Shown piece after piece: positions 12,301-24,959 of a stretch of 64,000 nucleotides of DNA. The number at the start of each line of letters is the position of its first letter. Within the stretch, counting starts at the first letter, position 1. Under the pieces are notes generated by a model. It had not been told where the DNA came from. It made no database searches and saw only the letters and a list, made by a program, of their open reading frames with translations. Made by a program: the position numbers and the translations under genes. This stretch comes from Phoronis australis (Eukaryota; Animalia; Phoronida), in the NCBI GenBank assembly GCA_002633005.1, contig NMRA01000421.1, positions 10,574-74,573 on the forward strand, written 5' to 3'.

Positions 12301-13535
12301 ACATAATTTATTTATGTGAATTAGCCACGAAACTGAAAATCTACTTACTTGTCGGGGGCCGCGATGCCGGGCTCCCCCTCCACAGATTGTCAGGGCAAAG
12401 GTTGTGCAGTAACAATGATTTGAATAATGTATTTCTATTACTAAATAAAGATTCCCCTAACATGTGACCATAGCACATAAAATGGAGTTGTTGTTTCACA
12501 GAACAGCTTTCTGTCACCAAACACTGAATTAGCATGCGCTCACACGGCCTCGGTGCCTGGTCAATTACCTTTGTCACCGGCATCAAAAGCCAGTTGATTT
12601 TCAATGATGTGATTGTGATGTCATCCTTTGTTCTGCAATAACTTGTCATTTCTTAACTTTCTCATTGGGATGGGATGGGCATCACTAGCACTGTGTCGCT
12701 ATGTTATCACTTACATCTAGTTACCCACAGGGTTCTGCTAAGCTCCATCTGGCCATGATTCCTTGCACCAGGCCTGTATTTGACAATTTTAATTGACAGA
12801 AATGGGTAGATTTTTGTGTAGCGGTAACAAATTGGTCTGTGATGAGTTCTATGCTATGTTATGGTGGCTGGTTTTGTTCTAGTGATACAACTGGGTTATG
12901 ATTTCATCTTAATCATTGTCAGTGAATTTAATTGAAATTCTTAATATACTGTTGTAGTAGGTTCAAGAATTGGTTGGACTGGACTGCTGAATTGTCATCA
13001 CAAAGCACCTGAGTTAAAGCCTTGTTATTAGGCCTCTGTAGATCTCTAAAAATGTTATATGCACACCCATCTATGCCATGAAGATCACAATGTCGTCACT
13101 TGTGACCAGGTCAAAATCCAGGTCATACCCATAAATTCCAGCTCCCAGAATATTATCTCAGACTAAAAAACTAAAAAGGCCACCGGCTTGCCATGATGAG
13201 AATTCACAGGAGTTGCCGAGCTATTGTTGCTGGTTATGGATAGGAGGGTAAAGGAAACTGTGCTTGTAGGAGTTGGAATTTCTAAGCTGAACATTTGCGA
13301 CTAACGTGAACTGGCCAAACTCTCAGCTTGTATTTCCAAATTTCAGGTTGACCTGCACCTCATTGTCAAGCCATGATTCTGCCTGTCAGTTGGTCATCAG
13401 TCTTCTATCATTCAGTATCATCACAAGTTAGAAATTAGTCCTTCTTCTTGCACAACTTGCTTAGTTAACTTAATATTTGTGTTAAATGGATTTAAATCCA
13501 GGTTGTTATTTATTCTAGTCTCTGTTTTGTTGCAG

Positions 13536-13588
13536 GCTGGAAAATGGGCAGTTGACAAGAAAGTGCACTTTGGCGAGCCATTTTAAGT
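13536..13588 (+). other. Candidate 53-nt 5'UTR micro-exon of the SLC35D gene
   Basis: Pyrimidine tract + ttgcag acceptor and gtaagt donor; contains ATG GGC AGT TGA. Confidence 0.4.
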
Positions 13589-15426
13589 GTAAGTGAAAAC
13601 ATCCAGAATTAATTTAATGCTCTATGCAGCATGTGTCACAGTGATATGACTGGAGAAATCAGGTGCGGAATTCATTGAATTTTTGAAGGTAACAGTTCTC
13701 CAATTTGGGGCAGCCTTGGCCACATGCAGTTGACACGCAGGCAAGACTACCTAACATGACACAACAACCCAGTGCTTCCCTTTCCTTTCAAGTTCAATAT
13801 AGTCGAGCCAGAAAAATGCCCGCTCCGTGTGCACCCCCGGACGTCAAATTCTAAACTTCATTTTTGTGAAGGAAAATTGGTGGGAAAATAGAATTCGTAT
13901 TTACACACTCAAAATTTGTCTCTGACTGTTATGTCTTTTACACAAATTATTATTGTCATGACTGAATTTTCATTATTTTGTAATAGCTCACTGTCTATTT
14001 CATTAAACACATTATGAATCTATACTTGTTATTTTGAGTGTCAGACTTTTCAATAAAACCATTTTCTAATTAATTGTATGGTGTACTGGTCTACAAATTA
14101 GCAATGATTCCTCATTGAGGGATTATCACTAAAACACTTGAACACGCAGGTATTCGGGATTATATGTCCTACATGCCTTAAGAGCGAGCACTGATAAAGT
14201 TTACAGTCTGATACTTGAGCAAATAAGATGGTTCAAGCTTGAGCCAGTAAGTTGGTTCAAGCTTTGTTAAATTCAACTAGTTCCTGTCGCTTTTGTCACT
14301 CTCCGTGTAACTTTCATTGAAAAACTGCTTGTTTTTCTCAGTCTCCATCCACTTCACAAATATCGGCCAACACCAATTATTGAGTTCTAGCATCGCATCG
14401 CCATTCCCTGTCTACCCATGTTTTTTGCCACAAGGTTTTTTTGCTGTTCGAGTATGGATTCACCAGCACATCTATATAGGGCAACTTAGTGACTTACTTA
14501 CTCATTTAGTATGTTTTTTGTGCTGACGAGCATTGAGGTAGTCAAGCGATGTAAAGTATGAACTTGAGAGGGAGCAGTCTCTCTTCCCTAACCATCTCCC
14601 ACCACATCTTGGAATGAACAATGAGACTTCTGAGACTCTGTACGCTTACCATTCATAATAAACTTGGTAAACTTTACACCCCAAGTTGCTTAAATACATC
14701 ATGGAACTTGGGATTCGTTATTAGCTTTGAGCGAGTGGTCCTTTTTGTTTCTTGCTAAATCACACTCATGTTATGGACCATAATTAGACATTGCAACAAC
14801 ATGCAAAGTATCTGTACCTGTGTCTTAGTTTTGCTACACCAGGTGGCTCTTTAACCACCTCCAAAGCTTTCAGTCTCGGTGAACTTTACATCAGCAGATT
14901 TTCAATTGTGTGAGGTTGCTTTATATGTCCAAGATGTTATAGCACTGGTTGGATTTTCATGACATTTTGGAAATAGTTTTGTATTCAAAAGATGGCGATG
15001 CCTTCCCACTTTCAGACATAGTCCAATGAAATCTGCGCTATCTAATGATCACTTTCATGAGACGGCTCTTAAAACACTGAATAGAAGCCTTCTGTTTGTG
15101 ATACTGCTGTTGGGTGCATTTCAACGCTAAATGTTGCTTTTGTATTTATTAATCGCCCAGTTTAGCTGATTAAAATTAGAATCAAATTAGACCTCTTACT
15201 CTTATAAGATATTGGTCTCGTACTCCTGACCATGATAGGATTTCATTTATGTTACCAACTGAACTCACAGCCAATTTATACTGGTCCATTTTCAAATTTG
15301 CAGTTAGTGTTGGTCTACCCCAATAAACGTCATCTTCTTGAGCTTGATCACGGTTTTCGTTTCACTGGATTCATTTTCTAGTTCAGGTGTGCAAGAAGGA
15401 TAGAATTAGGGCTTTCCCAGATTACT

Positions 15427-15640
15427 CAGTGACACTCTAATCTCACTGTATATACCCACAAAGCAGTAAACATCCGTCTGGCACATTTGCTGCATCGTTT
15501 TCATGCCACTGGAGTTTCAAATGTTATTTGTTTCTGTCTGATTCTTTTCACGTTTTTCTTGGTTGCATTACTCTATTGATCCTACCACTGCCAACGGAGA
15601 TTTGCTGCTGTGTTGTGGGTTGCAACCCCGACGTGAAAAA
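15427..15640. repeat. Dispersed repeat, family shared with ~27360-27580 and ~32875-33090
   Basis: Colinear motifs gtaaacat(c/a)cgtc..gcacatttgct, tcgttttcatgcca and ccgacgtga. Confidence 0.55.
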
Positions 15641-16348
15641 CTTTCGTCTACTGGACAAATAACCATGGATGCATGATCTGATTAAGTTCTTTGCCTTCCC
15701 AACATCAATGAGACAGGACGATGCACCCGATTTCCAAAACTAGGTCACACGCTTTTTTATCTCTGAGATAAAGGAGAATTCTGTCACCGTGTAAGCCAGG
15801 ACTGTCCCATTGACCGGGACAAAATGCTATTTCTTTCATTAATTTGCAGATATTTTGAGACATTGAACATTTTGGACATTCTAATATGAGAATGGTTTGA
15901 TTACCTCACTGCACAAAGGTACAACTACCGTTATTGCCTTTTGGGAGAGGCAATAGTTCAGTGTTCTCCTCAACCTCTTTTGACTCATCACAGCGTCAAG
16001 TTTGAATTTTCCCACGGCGAGTTTGGATTCCTTGCATCGGGTTTGAAAACTGATGCAATGAGTTCGAAGTTTTGGGAGATTAGGACATTTGGCCTTTTGG
16101 TACCAGTTCTGTGCATCTATTGCAAGACTCAAACTTCCCACAGTGTGGACATATACGTGAATATTGTAATTCCAGTAAAGTTAAAGACTTGTGTTGTGGA
16201 AACGCTGTGGTTATGTTATGTCAGTGTTATATCGTAAAGTGGCTGTTGGAGTTGATGTGTACTTGTCACTGCTTCGCGTGACGTGTCCTTTATATTCATA
16301 TTTTGTCTTTTAATTTTAGACTCAGAGTTACTGCAGTAAGCCACAACC

Positions 16349-16862
16349 ATGAAAGATGCTAAACAGACAATCTACGAAATGGAAAGTGCGGTGATGAAGG
16401 AGGCGAAACATGCTATCATTGAAGCTGAAGTGTCGGCCATTCAAAACTGGAAAGGATTGGCGGCAGCTGTCTTCTATGGACTAATGTCAGCATCCATGGC
16501 ATTCTTCAACAAGCTCTTACTAGATTCCTATGATTTCGATTTCCCGTACTTTATAATGTTGGCACAAATGTTTGTCACGCTCCTTGTTATGGAAGCACTA
16601 CGGCTCTTCAAGCTCATCGACATTCCTGGTTTCACTGTTGAACGTGGCAAGCAGTTCTTCATTCCATCATTTTTCTACGCTTTACATTCCGTTTTATCTC
16701 TGTCTGCATTAGCAGGCATGAACATTGCTATGTACACTGTGTTGAAGCGATGTGGTCCCATGCTCACTCTTGCCTTCTCTGTTGTCATCCTGAAGAAGGG
16801 TCGTCCCAACAAGCTACTCATCCTGTCTGTCTTACTGCTCACTCTCGGATGCATCATTGCCA
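16349..16862 (+). CDS. SLC35D3: SLC35D-family nucleotide-sugar transporter (SLC35D3-like), coding exon 1
   Basis: AAVFYGLMSASMAFFNKLLL..YDF.FP and NIAMYTVLKRC motifs of the TPT/SLC35D family. Acceptor ends at 16319; phase-1 gtaagt donor at 16863. Confidence 0.88.
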
Positions 16863-17494
16863 GTAAGTTGTTCCCATGCTTGCATTGTTCTATTAATACT
16901 GAACCTATGAGGAACCTAGTGCAGATAATATTGACCCTAGGATGATTATCCGAACACAATAGCCCATTGAATTCAGTTCTGTTGCTTTGTTGCTTTGGCT
17001 GCATGGTCACCATGTAGGTAATACTTATGACATCTCATTTTGTCATTAAAGTATGTCCCTGTGGACTGTTGGCAGCCCAGCTAGCTGACTTTCTATTGTG
17101 TTAGCATGGAATGGGCTAATTGAAACTTGCACTTTAGTTCACAAGTTTTGGCTTGGATTTTTACATGCTACTAGGTCCATCATGCAAACATATCAGGGTG
17201 TCTTATGAATAAGGATTCTAGCCAATGAACTTTCTTATACTGTACTCTGCAGTCAATGTTTCCCTTTTAGCTGCAACAAACTTCACCTTTGCCATAGTGT
17301 TGCTTTGCCAAGTTGCTTAGTGCACGTTGTTTTTGTTCTTTACAGTAGAGCTTGTCATTGGTGTGCAATGCATCCCTAGGTTGTCAGTCTATAGTTTATG
17401 CTGTTATAGCTTACAATTTTTTTTTTGTAAACAATTGTTAAAATGTCTTACCACAATTTAAAGTTGTAAACCATTATGCCGTGCCACCTGGAAC

Positions 17495-18000
17495 TTAAGG
17501 TCAAAGCAACTACACATCAAAGTAACAGTCATCCATCACAGGGGTACAGGTTATGTAGGGTCCTCACCTGTAGAGTTTGTAGGGTCAAGGCAACAAGCCA
17601 TGCATTTCAGTGGCAGGGTTGAGGCCCTCAACCTTAAAGCTGAGAGTCGAGGCAACAACTCATCCTTCTCCGGGGCATAATTAAGCACCTCGAAGTTTCA
17701 GAGTCAAGGCAACATTCGCCATCAGTCTCTGGAGTAAGATTATGGCAATTAACCTTAGATTTGGTAATGTCAGGCGTACAAGCAATGTTACTCAGAGTCA
17801 GAGTTGTGGTTAGGGCTCTTGGCCTTAGACTTGATAGAGTCAAGGCAATATGCCATGATTTCTCTTAGGGTAAGATTGGGGTACTCAACCTTAGAACTGG
17901 TAAAACCAAGGCAATGAAATTTCCGTCTTGGGCTTAGGATTACGATCCTCAGCGTTACTGTTGGTCAGGTCATCCATCTCACAGCGTGAAGCTGAGATTA
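17495..18000 (+). repeat. Degenerate ~60-65 bp intronic minisatellite
   Basis: Recurring (a/g)gtcaaggcaa core at ~17498, 17585, 17646, 17703, 17839 and 17905, with ctcaacctta companions. Confidence 0.6.
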
Positions 18001-18307
18001 TGTCACCGATTATGTTCAATACATTTATAAAACAGTCTTGAAGTAAGAATTAAAAAAATATAATATCAAACGGCCACATATTATACGGGTAACTAAAACC
18101 AAGGTCAGAATAATGCTGTTCACTTGTTGTTTTCTTATTACATCAAGCCGCCCTATTGACAAACATTGTCATGCAATCCTGCAAACCATTCTAGTATAAC
18201 GTGTATTTCACATCATTGTGTCTGTGTAATGCAGCTTCAAATTAGCTCCCCATGATGCTTGTAAAGGGGTACCATTGTCCTTCATATTGTCTCCTTTTTG
18301 CTTTCAG

Positions 18308-18885
18308 CGACAGGAGACCTCACCTTTGACTTGGAGTCTTACCTGTACGGGGTGTCCAGCATGTTCTGCCAGTCTATCTATTTGGTCACATTGCAAAAAC
18401 AAGCAGTTGACTTCTCTACGGCTGAGACACTACACCTGGCCAGCTACAACACAACACCTTTACTTCTGCTACTCACTGTGGTCTTTGACGGAGACTTTGG
18501 CAGAGTGTTACTTAGTCCATCACAACATAATATAGGCTTCTTCCTGGTGTTCATACTTGTGCTGACCATGGGTTGTTTACTAAACTATTCCTTGTTTCTG
18601 TGCACCACTTTGAACTCCGCCCTCACTACCAGCATTGTGGGATGCATCAAGTCTGTACTTCAAGTCATCGTGGGAGCATTTACCTTCGAAGGAGCCAGTT
18701 TTAACACACCAACGGTTGTGGGGATTTTTACAAACATGGCTGGTGGTGTTGTTTATACTTATTCTAAAGCTGTGAATCTCCATAAGTCCAGTGGTGAAAT
18801 GAAAAGAATCCAAAGTCTAAATGATGTGAATGATAGTGAAAGTGCTCACCCTGTTGGCCAAGAAAGGAACAAAGAAAAGTCTTGA
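18308..18885 (+). CDS. SLC35D3: SLC35D3-like transporter, coding exon 2 (terminal)
   Basis: ttgctttcag acceptor; phase-1 join a|cg = Thr gives GCIIA-T-TGDLTFD; LNYSLFLCTTLNSALTTSIVG motif. Spliced product is 363 aa. Confidence 0.88.
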
Positions 18886-19556
18886 TCTCTTCTAAAGTGT
18901 TTTGTTTTGTGCGTTTGGTTTGTAATGTGGTTGCAACATAGAATGCATAAGCATCTGTTGGTCCTGGATGTTAAGTTTTAAGTTATGCTACGTCTAATGA
19001 AAGGCTGTCATTTAATCCTAAGTGCATGTGATGTTGACGTTTGAGTAGTTTTTAAAAAATTAGACAATTCAATTTGCTATCCAATCAGGTAATGTTTTAC
19101 ATTGTCCACAAATATTCATTCCACAAAATGAAATAATATATTGTGATACACCTGATTGAGTTTTTATCAAAACTTTAAGGTAACAATTCAGCATCAACAA
19201 GTGGAGGGAACTCACTACAGTGAACACGAGACAAATCTTACGGTAACATTTGGAGTTTGGTTACCTAAATGAGCCTGAGCCAGACAGTGACAAACCCATT
19301 CTAATAATGCTCCTGGTTTAGCCGCGGAACTGCAGAAAGCCTGTTCGCCAGTTTCTTATATTACATCGATTTTTATGCGCTCACATTTATATATATATGT
19401 GGACGCATTATGCCGTCACGGTCATCTCCGTCCGTCCGGCGTCCGCTGCTCTATCTCCAAAACGCCTTGACGTATGTTCATGAAATTTTGCGTGGATGGG
19501 ACGGCATGAGCGAACTTACGGACGGATCAGACTACCGGTGCCCCCTAGTGACAATT

Positions 19557-21013
19557 CTACAGCACACGTCACGAATATTTGGCCGCCCGGTCGGAAATTG
19601 GTCGACGACTAGCCCGCAGTGCCGACTCATAAGGCGACTCCCCAGCCGACCGGCCATCAGCCGACCGGCTGGTCGGCTGCTATTTTTAGGCTAGAGTAGC
19701 AGTTGCGTAATAGGTTGTCAGGCTGATACCACTTTGCGTGTCGATGCATATTCGTCTTAGCACAGGGTCAAATAAATTAACCTAGTTTTACTGTCTCGGT
19801 TACATGAGTTCACGTCTGTTGTGTAATACCAGGAAGAGATAACCAGGAAGGGACAACTGTTTTAGCGCATTTTAACGTGTTTTCAAAAGTGATTTCAAAA
19901 GTAAATGTTAAAGTTGTCTGAAATTCAAGCATTGTGTTTGAAAGCTTAACTCTGTAGCTATAAAATGACACCGCTTTGGTCCCCAAAGACTGCATATTAT
20001 TGGCACTGGGATGCTTTGAACATGACTTGTTTTACCCTTCCAAACGATGCCTCTTCCCAGGCATGTACTCGGGCATGATCCTCTTTTTTGAACCAACAGA
20101 TGTCACTAATATATGCAAATGAGGCTCGCATGTCCTACGTCATATGACGTCATACGACGCGAACTTCCAATATTTGAATCCTCAGGTGCCTAGTGAATGA
20201 CTTGAAACGCAGTTCTACCTGATTGGGCAGATCCTAGGGCAGATCTAAGAAAATTAGAACTCACACATTCAAGTCAATGTTCTTTGGTTTCACATGAAAA
20301 TACATTTAATTGTATTTGGATACGCTTGCATGTGTGTAAGCGTGGACTTCGTCATTTTGCTTAAATCCAGATTTAGAAGCAGGTGTTAGTCAAGAAATTA
20401 GCTGCTCCCGCCACAGTGGCCGGTGTCGTGGCGTCCGAGTCGCCGGGAAGTCTGATCCATGCATGCGCAATTCGACGAACTAATGCTAGTCGCTGGTCAG
20501 CTCCGCTATGATTCATTTGAGACGTGCGGCTTAACTCGAACCTAGGCTGGCTCCAAGGTCGTTTTGTTTGACCCAGTTTCGGGAAAAGTTCATTTTAATA
20601 CGGTCATTTCCTGGTGATTTTCAGTTTTGAAAGATATGATCCCGAAATTCTTGGCCTATAGAGCTGTATCAAAATTCCTTGTTGAAACACGGCCACTGAC
20701 TGGTCCAGCTGTTCTGACAGGCGGCTGGGCCGGGGGAATGGAACGCGTGTCCCAAAAATGCACACACTTCAACCCCTGCAGTTAAGTTCTTTTCCCGTCA
20801 GTCACATGTGCGCGGATTCTACGCGGGCAGCCTACTGCATGACTACACCTTATTTTTAACGTGGGTGCGTCACTGAGTCACGACGTGTCCCGAGCCTTAA
20901 AGGCGAAGGAAAACCTATTTTCATTTCATTTTAAGCAAAAATAGGGTTCATATCCCAGACATATTTTTCACTTATTTACAGCTTTTCGTAATTTAATTAA
21001 TTATTCGTCGTCT
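19557..21013. mobile_element. Composite repeat-derived block present only after the first exon-2 copy
   Basis: Interrupts the HINE where the second copy continues (22824). Contains GC-rich gccgaccgg subterminal-like repeats (19580-19680) and a segment (~20560-20880) homologous to ~25220-25530. Confidence 0.45.
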
Positions 21014-21014
21014 N

Positions 21015-22823
21015 ATTTCCGTCTTCGGCTTATCCTCAGCGTTATTGTTGGTCATCCCGTCATCCATCTCACAGCGTGAAGCTGAGATTATGTTACTTAG
21101 AGTAAATAGAGTCAAGGCGCCAAGTCATCCATTTCCTGTTTATGCTTAGGGTCAGGATCCTCAACCTGAGGAAGTTAGTGAGAGTTGAGTATTGATCTGT
21201 TTTTCCCACCTTTCAAGGAATACTGCCAAATGTAAACCTGGAATTGACAACGTGACTAACACAATGAATGGTCAATGATTATGTTCAATACATTTATAAA
21301 ACAGTCTTGAAGTAAGAATTTAAAAAATATAATATCAAACGGTCACATATTATATTGGTAACTAAAACCAAGGTCAGAATAATGCTGTTCACTTGTTGTT
21401 TTCTTATTACATCAAGCCGCCCTATTGACAAACATTGTCATGCAATCCTGCAAACCATTCTAGTAGAGTGTGTATTTCACATCATGGTGTATGTGTGCTT
21501 CAAATTATCTCCCCATGATGCTTGTAAAGAGGTATCATTGTCCTTCATATTGTCTCCTTTTTGCTTTCAGCGACAGGAGACCTCACCTTTGACTTGGAGT
21601 CTTACCTGTACGGGGTGTCCAGCATGTTCTGCCAGTCTATCTATTTGGTCACATTGCAAAAACAAGCAGTTGACTTCTCTACGGCTGAGACACTACACCT
21701 GGCCAGCTACAACACAACACCTTTACTTCTGCTGCTCACTGTGGTCTTTGACGGAGACTTTGGCAGAGTGTTACTTAGTCCATCACAACATAATGTAGGC
21801 TTCCTCCTGGTGTTCATACTCGTGCTTACCATGGGTTGTTTACTTAACTATTCCTTGTTTCTGTGCACCACTTTGAACTCCGCCCTCACTACCAGCATTG
21901 TGGGATGCATCAAGTCTGTACTTCAAGTCATCGTGGGTGCGTTTACCTTCGAAGGAGCCAGTTTTAACACACCAACGGTTGTGGGGATTTTTACAAACAT
22001 GGCTGGTGGTGTTGTTTATACTTATTCTAAAGCTGTGAATCTCCATAAGTCCAGTGGTGAAATGAAAAGAATCCAAAGTCTAAATGATGTGAGTGATAGT
22101 GAAAGTACTCGCCCTGTTGGCTAAGAAAGGAACAAAGAAAAGTCTTGATCTCTTCTAAAGTGTTTTGTTTGTTTTGTGCATTTGGTTTGTAATGTAGTTG
22201 CAACATAGAATGCATAAGCTTCTGTTGGTCTCGGATGTTAAGTTTTAAGTTATGCTACGTCTAAAGGCTGTCATTTCATCGTAAGTGCAGCTGATGTTGA
22301 CGTTTAAGTAGTTTTTAAAAAATTAGACAATTCAATTTGCTATCCATTCAGGTAATGTTTTACAATGTCGCACAAATATTCATTCCACAAAATGAAATAA
22401 TATATTCTGATACAGCTGATTGAGTTTTTATCAAAACTTCAAGGTAACAATTCAGCATCAACAAGTGGAGGGAACTCACTACAGTGAACACGAGACAGAT
22501 CTTATGGTAACATTTGGAGCTTTGTTACCCTAACGCCTAAATGAGCCTGAGCCAGACAGTGACAAAACCATCCTAATAATGCTCCTGGTTTAGATGCGGC
22601 ACTGAAGAAAGCCTGTTCGCCAGTTTCTTATAATGCATCGATTTTTATGCGCTCACATAGTATTTACATGTGGACGCATTATGCCGTCATCTCCGTCCGC
22701 CCGGCGTCCGCTGCTCTATCTCCAAAACGCCTTGACGTATGTTCATGAAATTTTGCGTGGATGGGACGGCATGAGCGAACTTACTGACGGATCAGACTAC
22801 CGGTGTGCCCCCTAGTGACAATT
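21015..22823 (+). repeat. Second copy of 17919-19556 (intron end, exon 2, 3' flank), probable uncollapsed haplotype
   Basis: Near-identical to 17919-19556 and starts immediately after the single N at 21014. Confidence 0.8.
21571..22124 (+). CDS. Duplicate or allelic copy of SLC35D3-like exon 2
   Basis: Same acceptor and frame, few substitutions; CAA>TAA removes the last 8 residues (QERNKEKS). Confidence 0.7.
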
Positions 22824-24543
22824 TTATTTTTTTTACGTTTACCTCTCGTATCTTCAAAAGTCCTGAACGGATTTTCATAAAATTTGGTATATATAGCCAT
22901 TTATTAGTGACATGACGCTATCCTCCCGTTTTCGGATGGATTCGACATAGTTTGCACCACTTAGTGGCCATTTTCTGCTGTTTTCGAGTCTGTTTTATTT
23001 TGCGTTCACCCCTCTATCAACCAAACTGCTCAAATGATTGTGAAAATTGGCATGTATAGACCTTATTCACGCCGACAGGAGGCGCGTTCTAAAACGAGGC
23101 TCGCTGCGATAGCTGTTAACTTATAGGCATAGTTGTATTTCGTGTTGCTCGAACGGCTAGAAAAAATACGGACACTCAACTGTCTGCTTTACAATCCCTA
23201 AGGACGTCGTTGCCATTCGCCGCGACGAAGGAAAATATGCCCGTGTAAAAATTTATAAATGTTTTCGAAATGAAGTGGACGGCTGACGACGATTTTGCAG
23301 CGACTTCGACTACTGTGGCGCCTCCTAGTGGCAGTTTTGTTTTTTTTGCGCCTATGGCTTTATTTCCTAAACCGTTCGCAGGATCTTGACTTAATTTAGT
23401 AACTGTATTTAAATGATGATAACGCAGGACGACGACTTTCGGACAGATCTGAGTACTGGTGTGCCACCTAGTGCCAGTATTATTCGTTTAGGCCTACCTC
23501 TGTATGTTCAAAGGTCCTCAACGTATTGTCATAAAATTTGGCATAGGGGCATTTGTTAATGAAATGACGCTATCTCTCCGTTTTTAGATGGATTCGACCT
23601 ACTTTGCGCCACCTAGAGGCCATTTTTTATTGTTTTCGAGTACGTTTTTTGACGTCCACTCGTCTATCAACCAAACCGCTTTCAGGATAATTTCTAAGTT
23701 AAAATTGGCATGTCTTGATGTATGTTTCATGAAGTAGACGGCTGACGATGATTTTCCGATGACTTCGACTACTTTGGCGCCTCCAGTGGCAGTTTATTTG
23801 CGCTCATGGCTGTATCTCCAAAACCGTTTGCAGGTCGTCATCTTTCCTCAATTTGGCAATTGTCGTTATTTATGTGATGTTGACAACAGACGACGTCGAC
23901 GACTTTCGGACATATCTGACCTCTGGTGTGCCCCCTATTGACAATTTTAGTTTTTTACGTTTACCAGTCTGTTTCTTCAAAGGTCCTCAAAAGATTTTCA
24001 TAAAATTTTAAATATAAGCATCAGATGATCGTTTTCGGATGGATTCGACGTAGTTTGCACCACCTAGTGGCCATTTTTACTGTTTTTTGCGTCCACCCCT
24101 CTATCAACCAAATCATTCTAGGGATGGTTTTGAAAATTAGCGTACATGATTTCAGTGTGAAGAGGACATTTGATGGCGACTGACTAGTGTAGCGTCTCCT
24201 TGTGGTAGTTTTGTTTTATTTTGCGCCCATAGTTGTATCTCCTAAACCCACTGCAGGATCGTTATTAAATTTAGTAAGTGTATTTATGTGAAGATAACAA
24301 CAGACCACGACTTTCAGGCGGATCCAACAGACGCTGTGCCCACAAGTGGCACTTTCATTTTATAATGTTTTCCTTTGTTTATCTGAAGTTCCCAGACAGA
24401 TTTTTATGAAATATGGCATGTTACTATTTTGGATGGATTGTACGCCATCTAGTTGCCATTTTTATGATACAAATAAATAGCCCCAAAATCACATCATTTG
24501 CGATGCATTCGTGGGCGCATTTCAGCGCTCCGTGTGCTCTTGT
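22642..24543 (+). mobile_element. Helentron-associated non-autonomous element (HINE/DINE-1-like) with an internal tandem array
   Basis: 5' subTIR atgcgctcac with nearby inverted copy tgtggacgcat, a ccgtcc-rich tract, ~450-bp core repeats (ggatggattcgac-like at ~22934, 23586, 24037, 24431), 3' subTIR gtgggcgcat (24511-24520) and a short terminal hairpin. Confidence 0.7.
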
Positions 24544-24794
24544 AGATATTCAAAGGCAGCTACTGTATACTTTTCAATTTTTAAAACACTCGCGCTGATC
24601 GTTTGCATTATTATTTTTCGCTTTGCGACTTTGAAACTCGTCCGCTAAATAGGTGTGTTGATGTACAAATACAGGCCCGTAGGAAGCGTAGGAAGGCAAA
24701 AATTATGGGGAGTGCACAAACCATTTCAACTTCGCCAAACAAGCCCCCCCCCCATCGCCACCACCTGCGCCAACCCTGCCTTAAGTGGGAGACA

Positions 24795-24959
24795 CAGTGG
24801 CGGATCCAGTGGTGGCTAAGGGGCCACGAGCCCTCTAAAATTCTCCTACATACATGTAAGTATTTGGCAGTTCGGGGTGCGAATGTCTGACGGGTAAAAC
24901 CCTGGCTAATACTCTGCCCTATCCCCCACAACTCGATCAATATCCTGGATCCGCTCCTG
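24795..24959. mobile_element. hAT-type MITE
   Basis: TIRs cagtggcggatccag / ctggatccgctcctg; internal ggcagttcggggtgc is similar to 428-738. Confidence 0.7.

Noticed and set aside
16863-16945. C-terminal part of the 198-aa ORF
   Set aside because: Read-through into the intron after the gtaagt donor; family similarity resumes in exon 2.
17495-18000. CRISPR-like periodicity
   Set aside because: Repeats are degenerate, the spacers resemble each other, the context is a eukaryotic intron, and no cas genes are present.
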